From assembly GCA_963514005.1 (NCBI GenBank), contig OY740816.1, positions 22,754,001 through 22,818,000 of the forward strand: a DNA stretch of 64,000 nucleotides, read 5' to 3'. Positions within the stretch are counted from its first letter, which is position 1. Each line of letters starts with the position of its first letter. A program made the translations under genes and the position numbers. Shown here piece after piece: positions 37,401-49,150 of the stretch. The notes beneath the pieces were generated by a model, which was given only the letters and a program-made list of their open reading frames with translations, did not search any database and was not told the origin of the DNA. Source of the DNA: Raja brachyura. Its lineage: Eukaryota.

Positions 37401-40400
37401 CTCTCCAGAGATGCTGCTTGTCCCACTCAGTTACTCCAGCATTTTGTGTCTATCTTCGGTTTAAACCAGCATCTGCAGTTCCTTGTTTCTACATTGGAAG
37501 CATCCTGTTTTTTGAAGAGAACCACGAGAAAGCATGCAGTTCAGAGCAGAACCACTAGGCGGCAATGCAATAGGTTCCCATACCCATTGATTATAGCGGT
37601 CTTTGTTTCATTCAGGAAACAGCCTTTTCAATCCTTGTACTGATCCCATATTCCCATCCTGAACAGGTAGATGTGAACAGAGAGTCTACAAGTTGAGTGT
37701 CCAGAAATTTGATTTTAACATTTAAAAGTAAAGTGGATAGGTATATGGACGGGAAGGGAATGGAGGGGTATGGTCTGAGTGCAGGTAGATGGGACTAGGG
37801 GACTATAAATGGTCGGCACGGACTGGAAGGGCCGAGAAGGCCTGTTTCCGTACTGTAATTGTTATATGGTTATTGTTATATGGTAATAAGTTACAGTTGC
37901 AATGGTTCTAGAAAACCATCTTTGTATCTTAGTTTAGTTTTGTTTAGAGATACAGCGCGGAAATGTGTCCTTTGGCCCACGAGTCCGCACCGACCAGCGG
38001 TTCCCCACACTAACACTATCCTACACACACTAGATACAATTTACAATTATACCAAGCCAATTAACCTACAAAACTACGTGTTTGGAGTGTGGGAGAAAAC
38101 CGGAGATCCCCGAGAAAACACATGCAGGTCACGGGGAGAATGTAAAACTGCATATAGACAAGCACCCCGTAGACAGGGTCGAACCCGGGTCTCTGGGGCT
38201 GCAAGGCAGCAACACTACCGCTGCGCCACTGTGCCACCCCATTCATGATTGACTGGCAGACTCGATTGCACCAATGTAAAGTTACTTACGTTGCACATTG
38301 AGTGTGGTATTCTTTTGCTTAACAATGGGTTCAGAGTGATGTTGGAGTGTCAGCTCAGCCTCACAAGTCAACTGCTGTCCATTCAACTCCATCTCTGGAT
38401 ACAAAGTGTGGTAGATAGTGAGCTCTGTACTGGATGAATCGTTTGCTAAAATCGTACTTCCGTTCTTCAGTGCAAATTGAAGTGTTCCCGAGGCATTAAA
38501 CACACTGCAAGTAATATTCACCGGTTTTCCAACAATGATGGTTTTGGGAGCATGGATTACAGGTTCGGGAAAAACTGCAACAACAGAAAAATATTGTTAG
38601 AAACAGTGTCAAACCGTGTGATAAATGCTTATCTCAAGATGCATTAAAGCACACTCTTTTGTCTTGCATAAAACCTCAGAAGTTTTGGAATGAAATTTTT
38701 GAAATTTGTACAAAAGTATTTAAAACAGAAATTAACCCTAATGCAGAATTGATTATCTTTGGAACAATGGAGACCGGCTCTGAGATCACTTTGTTCCAAG
38801 AGAGTTTCCTTAACTATGGCTTAATAACGACAAAAAAACTTATATTAAAATTCTGCAAAACAAAATGCACCAACACCAACACTTAAAATGTGGATTTCAA
38901 ACATGTTGGAATTGTTACACCTAGAAGATATGAGATTCGTCCCAGCAGGCAAATCAGACCAATTCTTAAAGATTTGGTCTCCCTTTATCGATTTATTACA
39001 AGCATATGGTGCAACATAATCCTGAAAAAAAACTGTTTCAGAACCGGGTGAGGGGTGCACAAAGATACAAAGTAGGTATATCCCTTCCATTTTATCTTCC
39101 TTTTATTATCCTTTTTTTTAATATACCTCCTCCTTTCTCTTGTACTTTTGACGAACTATCACTATCACCACCTTACCTAACTTTCCTTTTCTCTCTTTTT
39201 GCTTATATTACTTTTTTATTAAATTCAAAACCAGAAGTTGTATATGAAATGTATTATTTTATTCTTAATGTACCCTATTGTATATGACTTCTAATAAAAA
39301 TATAATAATTTAAAAAAATAAACCGTGTCAAAGTTTATGGCAGCACGGTGGCGCAGCGGTAGATTTAAATGTAATCGCCTTACAGCGTTATAGGTTCGAT
39401 CTTGACTATGGGTGCTGTCTGTACGGAGTTTGTACATTCTCCCCGTGACTTGTGTGGATTTTTTCCGGGTACCCCAGTTTTCTCCCACACTCCAAAGACG
39501 TACAGGTTTGTAGGTTAATTGGCTTTGGTAGAGATTGTAAATTGTTCCCAGTGTGTGTCGGATAGTAGTGTTAGTATGCGGGATTGCTAGTCAGCATGGA
39601 CTCGGTAGGCCAAAGTGCCTGTTTCCGCGCTGTATCACTAAACTAAACTGAATGAATGATGCAGCCGCTCTACATGACTGGACTAATGTGGCGAATGCAA
39701 CTCAGAAGACCGTCTATGGCTCTACATCCAACTGTAGTTGGACAAGGATCGGAGGCAATCACTAAAAGGCACCCCATTATTCCCGGCATCATTCACCCCC
39801 TTTACCAATCTCATCAAACCTAGTGACACGTTGGTTGAACGCATCCTGATAAGTGCAATTTGCAATGTCCTCAATGTTTGGGCAACACTGGCAAAGTTCC
39901 CATTGAACACCAGGTGTAGGAAGGAACTGCAGATGCTGGTTCATACCGAAGATAGGCACAGAATGCTGGAGTAACTCAGCAGGACAGGCAGCATCTCTGG
40001 AGAGAAGGAATAGGAGACATTTCGGATTGAGGTTGTCAAAATGAGACCTGAGACAATATAATAGATGAGGTCATGACAATATCATGACATGAGACAAGAT
40101 GAGGATCAAGAACAATGTAGAATAGATCAGAATGTAGAATAGGAGAAGGTGACCACAAAGCAAACAGAGACAAAATGTAATTGGGGAGACTGTTCAGAGA
40201 ACTGGGAAGGGGGAGGGATGGAGAGAGAGAGGGAGAGCAAGGGTTACTTGAAGTTAGAAAAGTCAATGTTCATACCACTGGGGTGTAAGCTGCCCAAGCC
40301 AAATATGAGGAGTTGTTCCTCCAATTTGTGTTGGGCCTCACTGTGACAATGGTGGAGGCCCAGGACAGAAAGGTTGGTGTGGGAATGGGAGGGGGATTTA

Positions 40401-43400
40401 TAGTGTTTAGCATCTCCACCCTGGCCGGTAACAAGCCAGAGGCTTCTACGTCATTTCAGGGAACTCTTTGCTTTCAAAACAATGGTAAATAGTCCACTGA
40501 TTTAATTCCTCGGTGTAAGGAAGGTACTACAATATTTCTCCTTGATGTAAATGTTATGCATCTACATTCAGTTTTTATCTCGGATAAATTTAGTTCCTGG
40601 TAGCTGCCTCTGTAACGAGGTCTACATTAAAAACAGACAAAATAAGAGCAGGGCTTTGTCACATGCTCCAACGAGGCAGCTCTTGAATGAGAAGGGTATC
40701 GACCCTAAATGCCACCCATTCCTTTTATCCAGAGATGCGGTCTGCCCTGCTGAGTTACTCCAGCATTTTGTGTCCATCTTCCATTAGTAAGAGCCTGGCT
40801 GAATAACAGTATCTAGGTGACATTGCATGTTGCCTTTTTTTCCCCTAATTCCTTTGTTTTCTGTAAGGGCCGATTAAAGTTTTGTGACTCTCCTGTACCA
40901 AATGTCCCCATGTAATGGTTGCCCACAGGTAGATAAGAATCTTTAACAGTTGCCAGAGGAGGTAGCTGAGGCAGGGACTATCCCAACATTTAATAAACTA
41001 GTTACACAATTACATGGATAGGACAGGTTCAGAGGGATTATGGCTAAACGTGGGCAGGTGGGACTAGTGTAGCTGGGACATGTTGGCCGGTGGGGGCAAG
41101 TTGGGCCGAAGGGCTTGTTTCCACGCTGTATGACTTTGACTCTATGATATCAACCATAATCTCCGGTTATACAGCATGCTTACCGTACACGTCAATGGAA
41201 ATGTTGTCACTCCTTGTTAGATTTAATGGATAATCCTCAAAATCTGCTCTGCAGGTGAGTTCAATCGGTCCCGTGTCTTGTGGTGTCCATGTTGTTGCCC
41301 AGATATCGTGGGATGCTGACGTCTTTGTATCTGACTTCAGTTCTTCATCATTGTGAAACCATGTTACAGTCAACTTCTCAGCTGGATAGACATTATGGAC
41401 CTCACATTCCAACGTGACCTCCTCATTCACTACAATGGGCTTTCTGTTGAGGATTCTAGGGGGCTCTGGAAAAGCTGGAAAGACACACAAGGAATTCACT
41501 GCATATTAGGTTTCTGTGGACAATGGAACTAATGGAAAGCAGACCAATACTGGCATTGCATTGAACGCACAAACAGGAGTTCACCACACCCAAGTCAGAA
41601 TCTAGATGTCCCATAATTTAGTTTAATTCAGAGATACAGCGCAGAAACAGGCCCGCTGCGCCACCGTGCCACACACATTTGTTATTTAAATAGACTCCTC
41701 ATATGCTTCTGGCATCCCGAGGATCTATCTCTGCTTTGAGCTCCAGCCACTTACTGACATAGTACGACACAAAGTTCTGGAGTACCTCAATGGGTCAGGC
41801 AGCCTTTCTGGAGAACACGGATAGGTGATCTTTCACGACCCCTTCCATGATCTCCAGAGATGCTACCTGGCCCGCTGAGATACTCTGGCACTTTGTATAA
41901 ACCAGCATCTGCAGTTCCTTGTTTCTACTGTGCCCAGATAGGTTCAGTAACTGTTCTAAGAAACAATCCCCGGAGCACTCCAGAAGCTGTAATGAGGTGG
42001 GCGGGGGGGAGGTTGATTGGCGCAGCGGTAGAGTTGCTGCCTTACAGCACCTGAGACCCGGGTTCGGTCCTGACTATGAGTGCGGTTTGTACATAGTTTG
42101 TACATTCTCCCCATGATCTACGTGAGTTTTCTCCAGGAACTCCGTTTTCCTGCCACACTCCAAAGATGTGCAGGGTTGTAAGTTAATTGGCTTGGTAAAA
42201 ATGGTAAATCTACCCTAGTGAGTAGAATAGTGTTAGTGTGCGGGGATCGCTGGTCGATGCAGACACGGTGGGCTGAAGGGCCTGTCCCCATGCTGTATCC
42301 CTAAACTAAACCAAGCAGAAACACACATTGTGTTAACATGTTCTGCAGAGTTGCAGTTGCAGACAGGGTGAACTCAACTTAAAGTGCTTGTTCTGAGGAT
42401 AACTCATCTCTCCTGGTTTAGTGTCTGTGGCTTGCTTGTAAATGTGTCAGCAGACAGCACGGTGGCGCAGGGGTAGAGTTACTGCCTTACAGCACCAGAG
42501 ACCAGGGATCAATCCTGACTAAGGGTGCTATCTGTATTGAGTTTGTACATTCTCCACGTGACCTGTGTGGGTTTTATGCAGGTGCTCTGGCTTCCTCCCA
42601 CACTTCAAAGACATGCACGTTTTATAGGCTAATTGGCGTGGTACAATTATAAATTTCCATACTGTTTAAGATAATGTTGGTGTGGGGGGGTCGCTGGACG
42701 GCACGGACTCGGTGGGCCAAATGGCCTGTTTCCACGCTGTATCTCTAAACTAAACTGAACTTTACAAAATGTGACTACCAGTTTATTTCAGCTTAGTCTT
42801 GTGCAGAGGAGAGCAATTATTGTTCAGGTGGAACTCACAGTAGGTTTGCAGAGTCACGGAGGAGGAGTTGATTTCTTTCGTGGTGTTTGTGTCCAAGTCC
42901 AGCTCTGCCAAGCATGTGTACACTTGTCCATCATCAGCCTTGCTTGCAATGAGATCGAGGATATTGACCAACGGAGTCGCATCTTCTGGAAGCTTTCCTA
43001 CCTTTGAGTTAACTGGCTTAACAACATTGTTCCCTCTGAGCCACTTGAGATGGAGCTTGTTGTTTGGATACACTCTTGGACCGGTACAACGCAGCTGATA
43101 TGTTTTGTTAATTTCCATCACTTCTGGATGTGGTGCAATGACGAGATCTCGATCTGTTGAAGGAGAATCATGTTAATAAAATTCACTGAAATAATGAACC
43201 TGAATAGTATTTGTCCCACCTCATCAGATATTCACCGATTGTTCAAGTGATATACACACAGCATGAATGTACATATATTCTTCAATATTTAGGGTGGCGC
43301 AGTGACGTAGTGGTAGAGTTGCTGCCTTACAGCACCAGAGACCCGGGTTTGATCCAGACTACAGGTGCAGTCTGTACGGAGTTTGTAAGTTCTCCCGATG

Positions 43401-46400
43401 ACCACATTGGTTTTCTCCGATATCTTTGGTTTCCTCCCACAATCCAAAGAGATACAGGTTTGTAGGTTAATTGGCTTGGTATAGTGTAAATTGTCCCGAG
43501 TGTGTGTGGGATAGTGTTAGTGTGCAGGGATCGCTGGTCCTTGTGCACTTGGTAGGCCGAAGGGCCTGTTTCCGCACTGAAATTCTAAACTAAACAAAAC
43601 TAAATTGTAAGCAAGAACTTAAATGTTCTCTCCCCACAGATGCTGGTTGGACTGCTGAGTGTTTCCAGTATTTCAGATTTAGTTTAATTCAGAGATGCAG
43701 CATGGAAATAGGCCCTTCAGCTTTCTGACTCCACACCGACCATCAATCACCCGTTCATACTAGTTCTACGTCATCCCACTTTCTCATCCACTCCCTACAC
43801 AATAATGGCAATTTACAGAGGCCATTTAACCCATCTCTCCTACATTACATTCTACATTATTTATTCCACATTTTCCTTGGTCTGCATTCCCTTTGTTCTG
43901 TTTTCACACCTTTCACTTCCTTATCTATGTACACCTCTCTCCCCTGACATCAGTCTATAGAAGGGTCTCAACCCAAAATATCACCCATTCCTTACTCCAG
44001 CATTTTGTGTCTATCTCCGGTTTAAACTAGCATCTGCAGTTCCTTCCTACACATTCAGAGTTTGAGTTTAGTTTATTGTCACGTGTACCAAAGTACAGAG
44101 AGAAGCTTTTGTTGTGTGCTGACTAGTCAGTGGAAAGACTATACATGATCATTTTAGAATAAGAGTTTTCACTTACTATACACTGTGATCACAAGTTTTC
44201 AAAGCTTCTTGTTTAGTTTCGTTTAGGGAAACAGGCTCTTCAGTGATCCCTGCACACTGCCACTATCCTACACACACTAGGGACAATTTACAGTTTTACC
44301 AAAGCCAATTAACCTACAAACCTGGAGTGTGGGAGGAAACGGGGCACCCGGAGAAACCCCATGCAGGTTACAGGGAGAACGTACAAACTCCTTACGGACA
44401 GCACCCGTAGTTAGGATCGAATCCGTGTCTCTGGCGCTGTAAGGCAGCGGCTCTACTGCTGCGCCACTGTGCTGTCCGGTTCTGCGTATTATTCTGCTAT
44501 CAAATGGTTATAGAGTGATACAGAGTGGAAACAGGCCCTTCGGCCCAACTCTCCTATACCGGTTAGAATAGGAAATTACACTTACTGTACACAGTGATCT
44601 CTTTTTTGACTTCCTTCTGAGTATTGTTTTCAGATTTGCACGTTACAATGCAAACTGTTGATAAATCCCACTTGTCCACAACTGGGAATTGGCATGTGTT
44701 TGAGTTGTTCACTTGAAGGCAGTATTGATTTAGCCCTGATTTTAATTCCATGTCTATAGTAGGATTTAAACATGTGGTTCTGCAGGTCACATTCAAAGAG
44801 TCCCCGATTTCCACAGCTGGAGTGTCTATGTTTATCTCAACGTCAAATCCATTCCCTTTAGCTGTCAGAGAAAAACAAAACATCACAATAAGTACAGAGA
44901 TACAAAATCCATTTAAACAAAGGGCAAAATCAAGGTAATTTCTTGATCTAAAAGAATCATTTCAAATTACTCACAAACCAGTAACATACATTATATACTC
45001 TGATGACACTGTGATCATGGACCGTGAAGGCGACTGCGGAGGCCTCAATAGGCCTGACTATGGGTGGACATGGGAAGGGGACTGGACTTTGTGCATTCCC
45101 TCATAATGGGAACCATTGTGGGGGGATGTTTTTTATGTTTAAATCTCTTTATTATTGTTATGTCTGTTTTTTTTTATGTGCTGCATTGACAAGCAACATT
45201 TCACTACACCAATTGGTGTATGTGACCAATAAAAATAACCTTTGAACCTTAACCTTTAATAACATTCAATATGTCAGCCCGGTTTGGGTGACTATCCAAC
45301 ATCCATCGTAACCCACTAAACAAAATCATATCAATGAGCAGTAAAATAATTGGACTGGAGCAGGAACCACTGATCAGTATTTCCAATAGAAGGACGAAGC
45401 TAAAAGGAACAACAATAGCCTCAGACACCACTCACTCACTGCACAGCCAATACAGTCTTCTGCCCTCAGGCCAGAGATACAGGTCACTCACATTCAGGAC
45501 TAAGAGAGCCATGTTGAGTTTCGTCCATCCATTAGACTCATGAATAGTTGATCTATTTATTTATTCATTTATGTATATATACATTTTTAACATTATTTTA
45601 ATGTGTTTATTGCCTATTCTTCATGTATTATGCTTTGCAAGTTTTACCTACTGACCGTTGTTGGACTGGTGGTATGTGATGTGTGTGGTATATTGTGTTG
45701 TGATGCTGGGTATGTGAACTGTACACGCACTGATGTTTGCACAAATGAAGTTCCTAACGGATAAATAAATTGAATTGAATTGTTAAACTTTTTTTTCCTA
45801 CGAATTTTATAACTCCAGGAAATGGGAGTCGGTGTTAGAGACTGAGGTGATTCTTAACTTTTCCTGTTGTTCAAGTAAAGGATGTTTCTGTTTAGCAAGT
45901 GCTGAATATACAGTAGAATAAACAGATTGACAATGGAGAAGTGCTCAGTGATTGGGCTCCATATCACCATTGTACACGCTATTTTGTTTTAAGATAGACA
46001 CAAAATGCTGGAGTTATCCAGCGAGTCAGGCAGCATCTCTTGAGAAAAGGAATAGGTGACGTTTGGGGTCGAGAACCTTCTGCAGACAGAGTCAGGAGAA
46101 AGGGAAACGAGAAATATAGAACAGATGAATGAAAGATATACAAAAAAAGTAACAATGGTAAAGGAAACAGGCCATTAATTCAGCGGCTAAGGCAGCGCGT
46201 GGGGAAGGAACGGACAGGCGGGACCCTTCAGGCAAAATGCGTTTTAGGCAAACATTTAAATCACAAGAGAATCACATTTAAATCTACTGAAAAACATGTT
46301 CAAACTTCCTTCCAGATGGAAAGCCGGTGATGTTTCTGACCCGCCGGGGCAGCGGGTCACGGTTCCCGCGTGGAACAGGCCATCGCTGCCGGGGCTGGAG

Positions 46401-47583
46401 GCGAGACCTCACCCCCGTCCGGCGGCCCAGAGGCTGCAGGTTGGAGCCACACTGCCCCGGCCCACAGGTACAGTCACTCACTCACACACACTCACTCACA
46501 CACAGTCNNNNNNNNNNNNNNNNNNNNNNNNNNNNNNNNNNNNNNNNNNNNNNNNNNNNNNNNNNNNNNNNNNNNNNNNNNNNNNNNNNNNNNNNNNNNN
46601 NNNNNNNNNNNNNNNNNNNNNNNNNNNNNNNNNNNNNNNNNNNNNNNNNNNNNNNNNNNNNNNNNNNNNNNNNNNNNNNNNNNNNNNNNNNNNNNNNNNN
46701 NNNNNNNNNNNNNNNNNNNNNNNNNNNNNNNNNNNNNNNNNNNNNNNNNNNNNNNNNNGTCACACTCACACACACACTCTCACTCACACACACACTCACT
46801 CACACAGTCTCACTCACACACAGTCTCACTCACACACAGTCTCACTCACACACAGTCTCACTCACACACAGTCTCACTCACACTCACACACACACTCTCA
46901 CTCACACACACACTCTCACTCACACACACACTCACTCACACACTCACTCACACACACTCTCACTCACACACTCTCTCACACACTCTCACTCTCACACACC
47001 CTCACATACTCACAAACACACAATTACTCTCACACATTCACTCTCTCTTTCACACATCCACTCACACATAATCACATATACAAGCACACTCACGCAGACG
47101 CACTCACACACGTTCTCACTCTCACACGCATACACACTCACCCTCACAGACACACTCCACACGCGCACAGACTTTTACACACACACTCACGCACGCACGT
47201 GCACACTCGCTCCCACATCCCCCACACACACTCTCACGCACACTCATGCTCACACTCACACATATTACACGCACACACTAGCTGCAACGGTGCCGGCAAT
47301 GGCCAGCGTCCGGGCAGCGCCCTGTCCCACCGCGCCCCTGCTCCACTCCGCCAAAAATAAGCAATCGCCTGCTTTTTGTTTGGACATTAATAAATGATAG
47401 GAAATCCGCCCGCTGGTTATCGAGCTCAGCTTAATAGCTCGGCCTTGAAATAAAAACGGTACACGCCATGGGAGAAACGCGTCTGACATGAGGATTTTAC
47501 TAACTTGTTAACGTGAATACGAGCAAGACGAGGTGAAGGTATCTCCCGCTTGAAGTGAGTGTAGAGACCATGACTGCGATCAT
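31136..47583 (-). CDS. ICAM/VCAM-family Ig-superfamily adhesion molecule (ICAM1-like), 6 coding exons, ~508 aa: signal peptide + 4 Ig domains + TM + cytoplasmic tail
   Basis: Exons 47505-47583, 44586-44861, 42839-43153, 41184-41474, 38290-38574 and 31136-31416 all have GT/AG boundaries, are all phase 1, and join into one open 1527-nt frame. ICAM-type motifs: D1 C-x3-C pairs (CRTTC...CIVTC), D2 'KWLRG...DDGQVYTCLAELDL', D3/D4 junction 'IDVYVFPEP', tail 'RARKSGKYNL'. Confidence 0.88.
33229..34153 (+). pseudogene. CR1 ORF1 (Zn-finger/leucine zipper + SGNH esterase)
   Basis: ATG at ~33229 followed by an early TAA. CARC motif; GDSIVRG, HIGTND and DGLHLN esterase blocks. Confidence 0.85.
34270..37102 (+). 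pseudogene. CR1 ORF2 (AP endonuclease + RT)
   Basis: ISETW, YRPP, GDFN, SDH (APE); YRPVSL, DFSKAFD, GVPQGSVLGP, YADD (RT). Split into three ORFs. Confidence 0.9.
37712..37885 (+). mobile_element. Short CR1 3' end, near-identical to the end of the long CR1
   Basis: Matches 37015-37176. Confidence 0.8.
37930..38240 (-). mobile_element. V-SINE (HE1-like), ~50 bp from the exon-5 donor
   Basis: Reverse-complement SINE consensus. Confidence 0.8.
38290..38574 (-). CDS. Exon 5, Ig domain 4
   Basis: Acceptor ttttctgttgttgcag, donor C|gtaag, 285 nt. FPEPVI...VNITCSV...NGQQLTCEAEL...LNVQ. Confidence 0.88.
38605..39322 (+). mobile_element. L1 3' fragment abutting the exon-5 acceptor
   Basis: CDKC...H..LSC.K.Q.FW...IIFG...LNYGLITTKKLILKF, homologous to the L1 C-terminus at 956-1387. 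AATAAA and A-rich tail at ~39293-39322. Confidence 0.75.
39340..39650 (+). mobile_element. V-SINE (HE1-like)
   Basis: GGCAGCACGGTGGCGCAGCGGTAG head, V-domain, (CTAAA)n tail. Confidence 0.8.
41184..41474 (-). CDS. Exon 4, Ig domain 3
   Basis: Acceptor tctttccag, donor G|gtaag, 291 nt. FPEPP...TLECEVHNVYP...VTW...LTCRA...IDVY. Confidence 0.9.
42015..42760 (+). mobile_element. Two V-SINE copies (42015-42312, 42455-42760)
   Basis: SINE consensus present twice. Confidence 0.8.
42839..43153 (-). CDS. Exon 3, Ig domain 2
   Basis: Acceptor ctccttcaacag, donor T|gtgagt, 315 nt. YQLRC...VYP...KWLRG...DDGQVYTCLAELDL...LQTY. Confidence 0.9.
43290..43605 (+). mobile_element. V-SINE (HE1-like)
   Basis: SINE consensus. 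Confidence 0.8.
44215..44475 (-). mobile_element. V-SINE (HE1-like)
   Basis: Reverse-complement SINE consensus. Confidence 0.8.
44586..44861 (-). CDS. Exon 2, Ig domain 1
   Basis: Acceptor tttctctgacag, donor A|gtaag, 276 nt. FDVEI...LNVTCRTTC...STVCIVTC...ITVY. Confidence 0.9.
45255..45545 (+). mobile_element. Rex1-like LINE 3' fragment in intron 1
   Basis: SDTTHSLH.QYSLLPSGQRYRS motif. Confidence 0.6.
46472..47280. repeat. (CA/CT)-rich microsatellite containing an assembly gap (N 46508-46758)
   Basis: cactcacacacagtct-type repeats flank 251 Ns, in intron 1. Confidence 0.95.
47505..47583 (-). CDS. Exon 1 (signal peptide) of ICAM-like gene
   Basis: ATG at 47583 gives MIAVMVSTLTSSGRYLHLVLLVFTLT, then a phase-1 donor A|GTTAGT. 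It joins exon 2 as ...TTKGNG/FDVEI, a plausible cleavage site, and lies just downstream of the promoter motifs. The second in-frame ATG (Met5) could be the true start. Confidence 0.8.
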
Positions 47584-47639
47584 CGGCGCCAGCTGCCTCT
47601 CCGATCACCGCCCGTCCAACTGAACACAGCGCTCCCGCA

Positions 47640-47810
47640 GCCCACTCACTCACTATTAATGCAAACAATCGCTCGGATTTCCCGGAAACAATTCCGAAAC
47701 TAAATCTAAATGCTGAAAAAGCCCCACAGTTCAAAAAAAAAACCTCCCCTCGGCTCGCCGCTGCGAACAAGCATTACAGAGACGGACTTGGGGAAAGTCC
47801 GGTGACAATC
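47640..47810 (-). promoter_or_regulatory. Proximal promoter of ICAM-like gene: GAS/STAT palindrome, kappaB-like site, TATA-like box
   Basis: On the gene strand: TTTCCGGGAAA (47678-47688), CGGACTTTCC (47792-47801; 9/10 match to GGGACTTTCC) and ATTAATA (~47653-47660), about 70 nt before the ATG. The context is CpG-rich and not a recognisable repeat. Confidence 0.65.
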
Positions 47811-48587
47811 GTGAGGTAAACACGCCCATATGTGCAGAGCGATGACCACTGGCGAGAGGAATGTACACTGGCGAGAGGATCTTTGCTGCAGACTGCCCTT
47901 GACACCAGTGGAAGATCCACACTGGATATAAGCTCTGATAATAAGCGCAATGGTGTTACTCCCCACCTCTCTCCCTCGCCTACATTCCCATCACAGTAAA
48001 CCAGCATCTGCAGTTCCTTCCTTCACAGTACCCCCCCCCCCCCCCCATACCCCTCTACTCCTGCCTCTCATCATAGTAAACCTCCCACGTTCCCATCACT
48101 GTAACCCCCTCCCTACCCAGTCTCCCGTCACAGTAACAACCCCCCCCACCCGCTGCTCCCCATCATAGTTCATACCTTCATAAGTTCTAGGAGCAGAATT
48201 AGACCCATCAAGTCTACTCCGCCAATCATTCTTTGCTGGTCTATCTCCCTCTCAACTCCATTCTTCTGCCTTCTCCCCATACCTCCCGACACCCGTACGA
48301 ATTGAGACTCTGTCATTCTCCTTAAAAATATTACCTTCCACCGAAATGAATTCCACAGTTTCACCACTGTGGAAATTCCTCCTTATCACCTTTTTAAAGG
48401 TTCGTCCTTTTATTCTGAGGCTATGGCCTCTGTTCCTAGACTTCTCTCACTAGTGGAAACATTCTCTCTACATCCACACTATCCAGGCTCTGCAAAAGTC
48501 ATAGATAGGTTTCTTGAGCCGCTTGAAGGTAGATAAAAATACTGGAGAAACTCAGCGGGTGAGGCAGCATCTATGGTGCGAAGGATT

Positions 48588-48621
48588 AGGTGACGTTTCG
48601 GGTCGAGATCCTTCCTCAGAC
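48588..48621 (-). ncRNA. Minimal hammerhead ribozyme motif (second near-intact copy)
   Basis: GT CTGAGGA A GGAT CTCG ACCC GAAA C GTC ACC; one mismatch in stem II. Confidence 0.5.
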
Positions 48622-49039
48622 CTGAAACGTCACCTATTCCTTCACTCCATTCCTTTTCCAGCATCTGCAGTGCCTTCTTGAACCGCTTTAGATCGTTTGA
48701 CAAATGCTGAAGACTTGGACATCACCTGGGATTAGCCTTCATGGTTCATCCACAGGGAACACATATATCATCTCCTTTGGTACACAGTCCTCTACACTCT
48801 TTCTGTGACGGCAATGGCATATTAATCTAGGATAGCCACTTTCTGGAAGTAATCATCCCACTTCAGTAGGAAGGAACTGCAGATGGTAGATCAGTCTGAA
48901 GAAGGGTCTCAACCAGAAATGTCACCCATTCCTTCTCTCCATAGATGCTGCCAGTCCCGCTGAGTTACTCCAGCATTTTGTGTCTATCTTCTGCTTCAGT
49001 TTGTGTTTGTAAGCACAGAGTAGAATCACATTACAATAT

Positions 49040-49150
49040 TTCAGAGGAAATGAGTCAGTAAAACTTCACCTCCAACGGTGACTTCCTGATTGCCCTTCAC
49101 TGTTTCTTTTCTTGACTCAGCCCTCGTGCTTATGCTTCCAGAGCAAACAA
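49040..49150. promoter_or_regulatory. Candidate AP-1/ETS enhancer cluster upstream of ICAM-like gene
   Basis: TGAGTCA (49051-49057) next to GAGGAAA, ACTTCCTG (49081-49088) and TGACTCA (49113-49119), all within ~80 bp of non-repeat sequence. Confidence 0.35.

Noticed and set aside
31500-38280. A fifth Ig exon in intron 5
   Set aside because: No Cys/Trp-patterned phase-1 exon was found; the open stretch at ~32110-32255 is not Ig-like. A small exon cannot be excluded without cDNA.
44975-45018. Alternative leader exon just upstream of exon 2 (ATG...|gtgagt)
   Set aside because: Wrong phase at the strong donor and poor hydrophobicity; 47505-47583 fits phase, signal peptide and promoter.
46296-47397. 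Long His/Thr-rich ORFs (354, 356, 233 aa)
   Set aside because: Artefacts of translating a CA/CT microsatellite and an N gap.
48370-48379. TGGAAATTCC, identical to the human ICAM1 kappaB site
   Set aside because: It lies inside a decayed CR1 fragment; likely coincidental.
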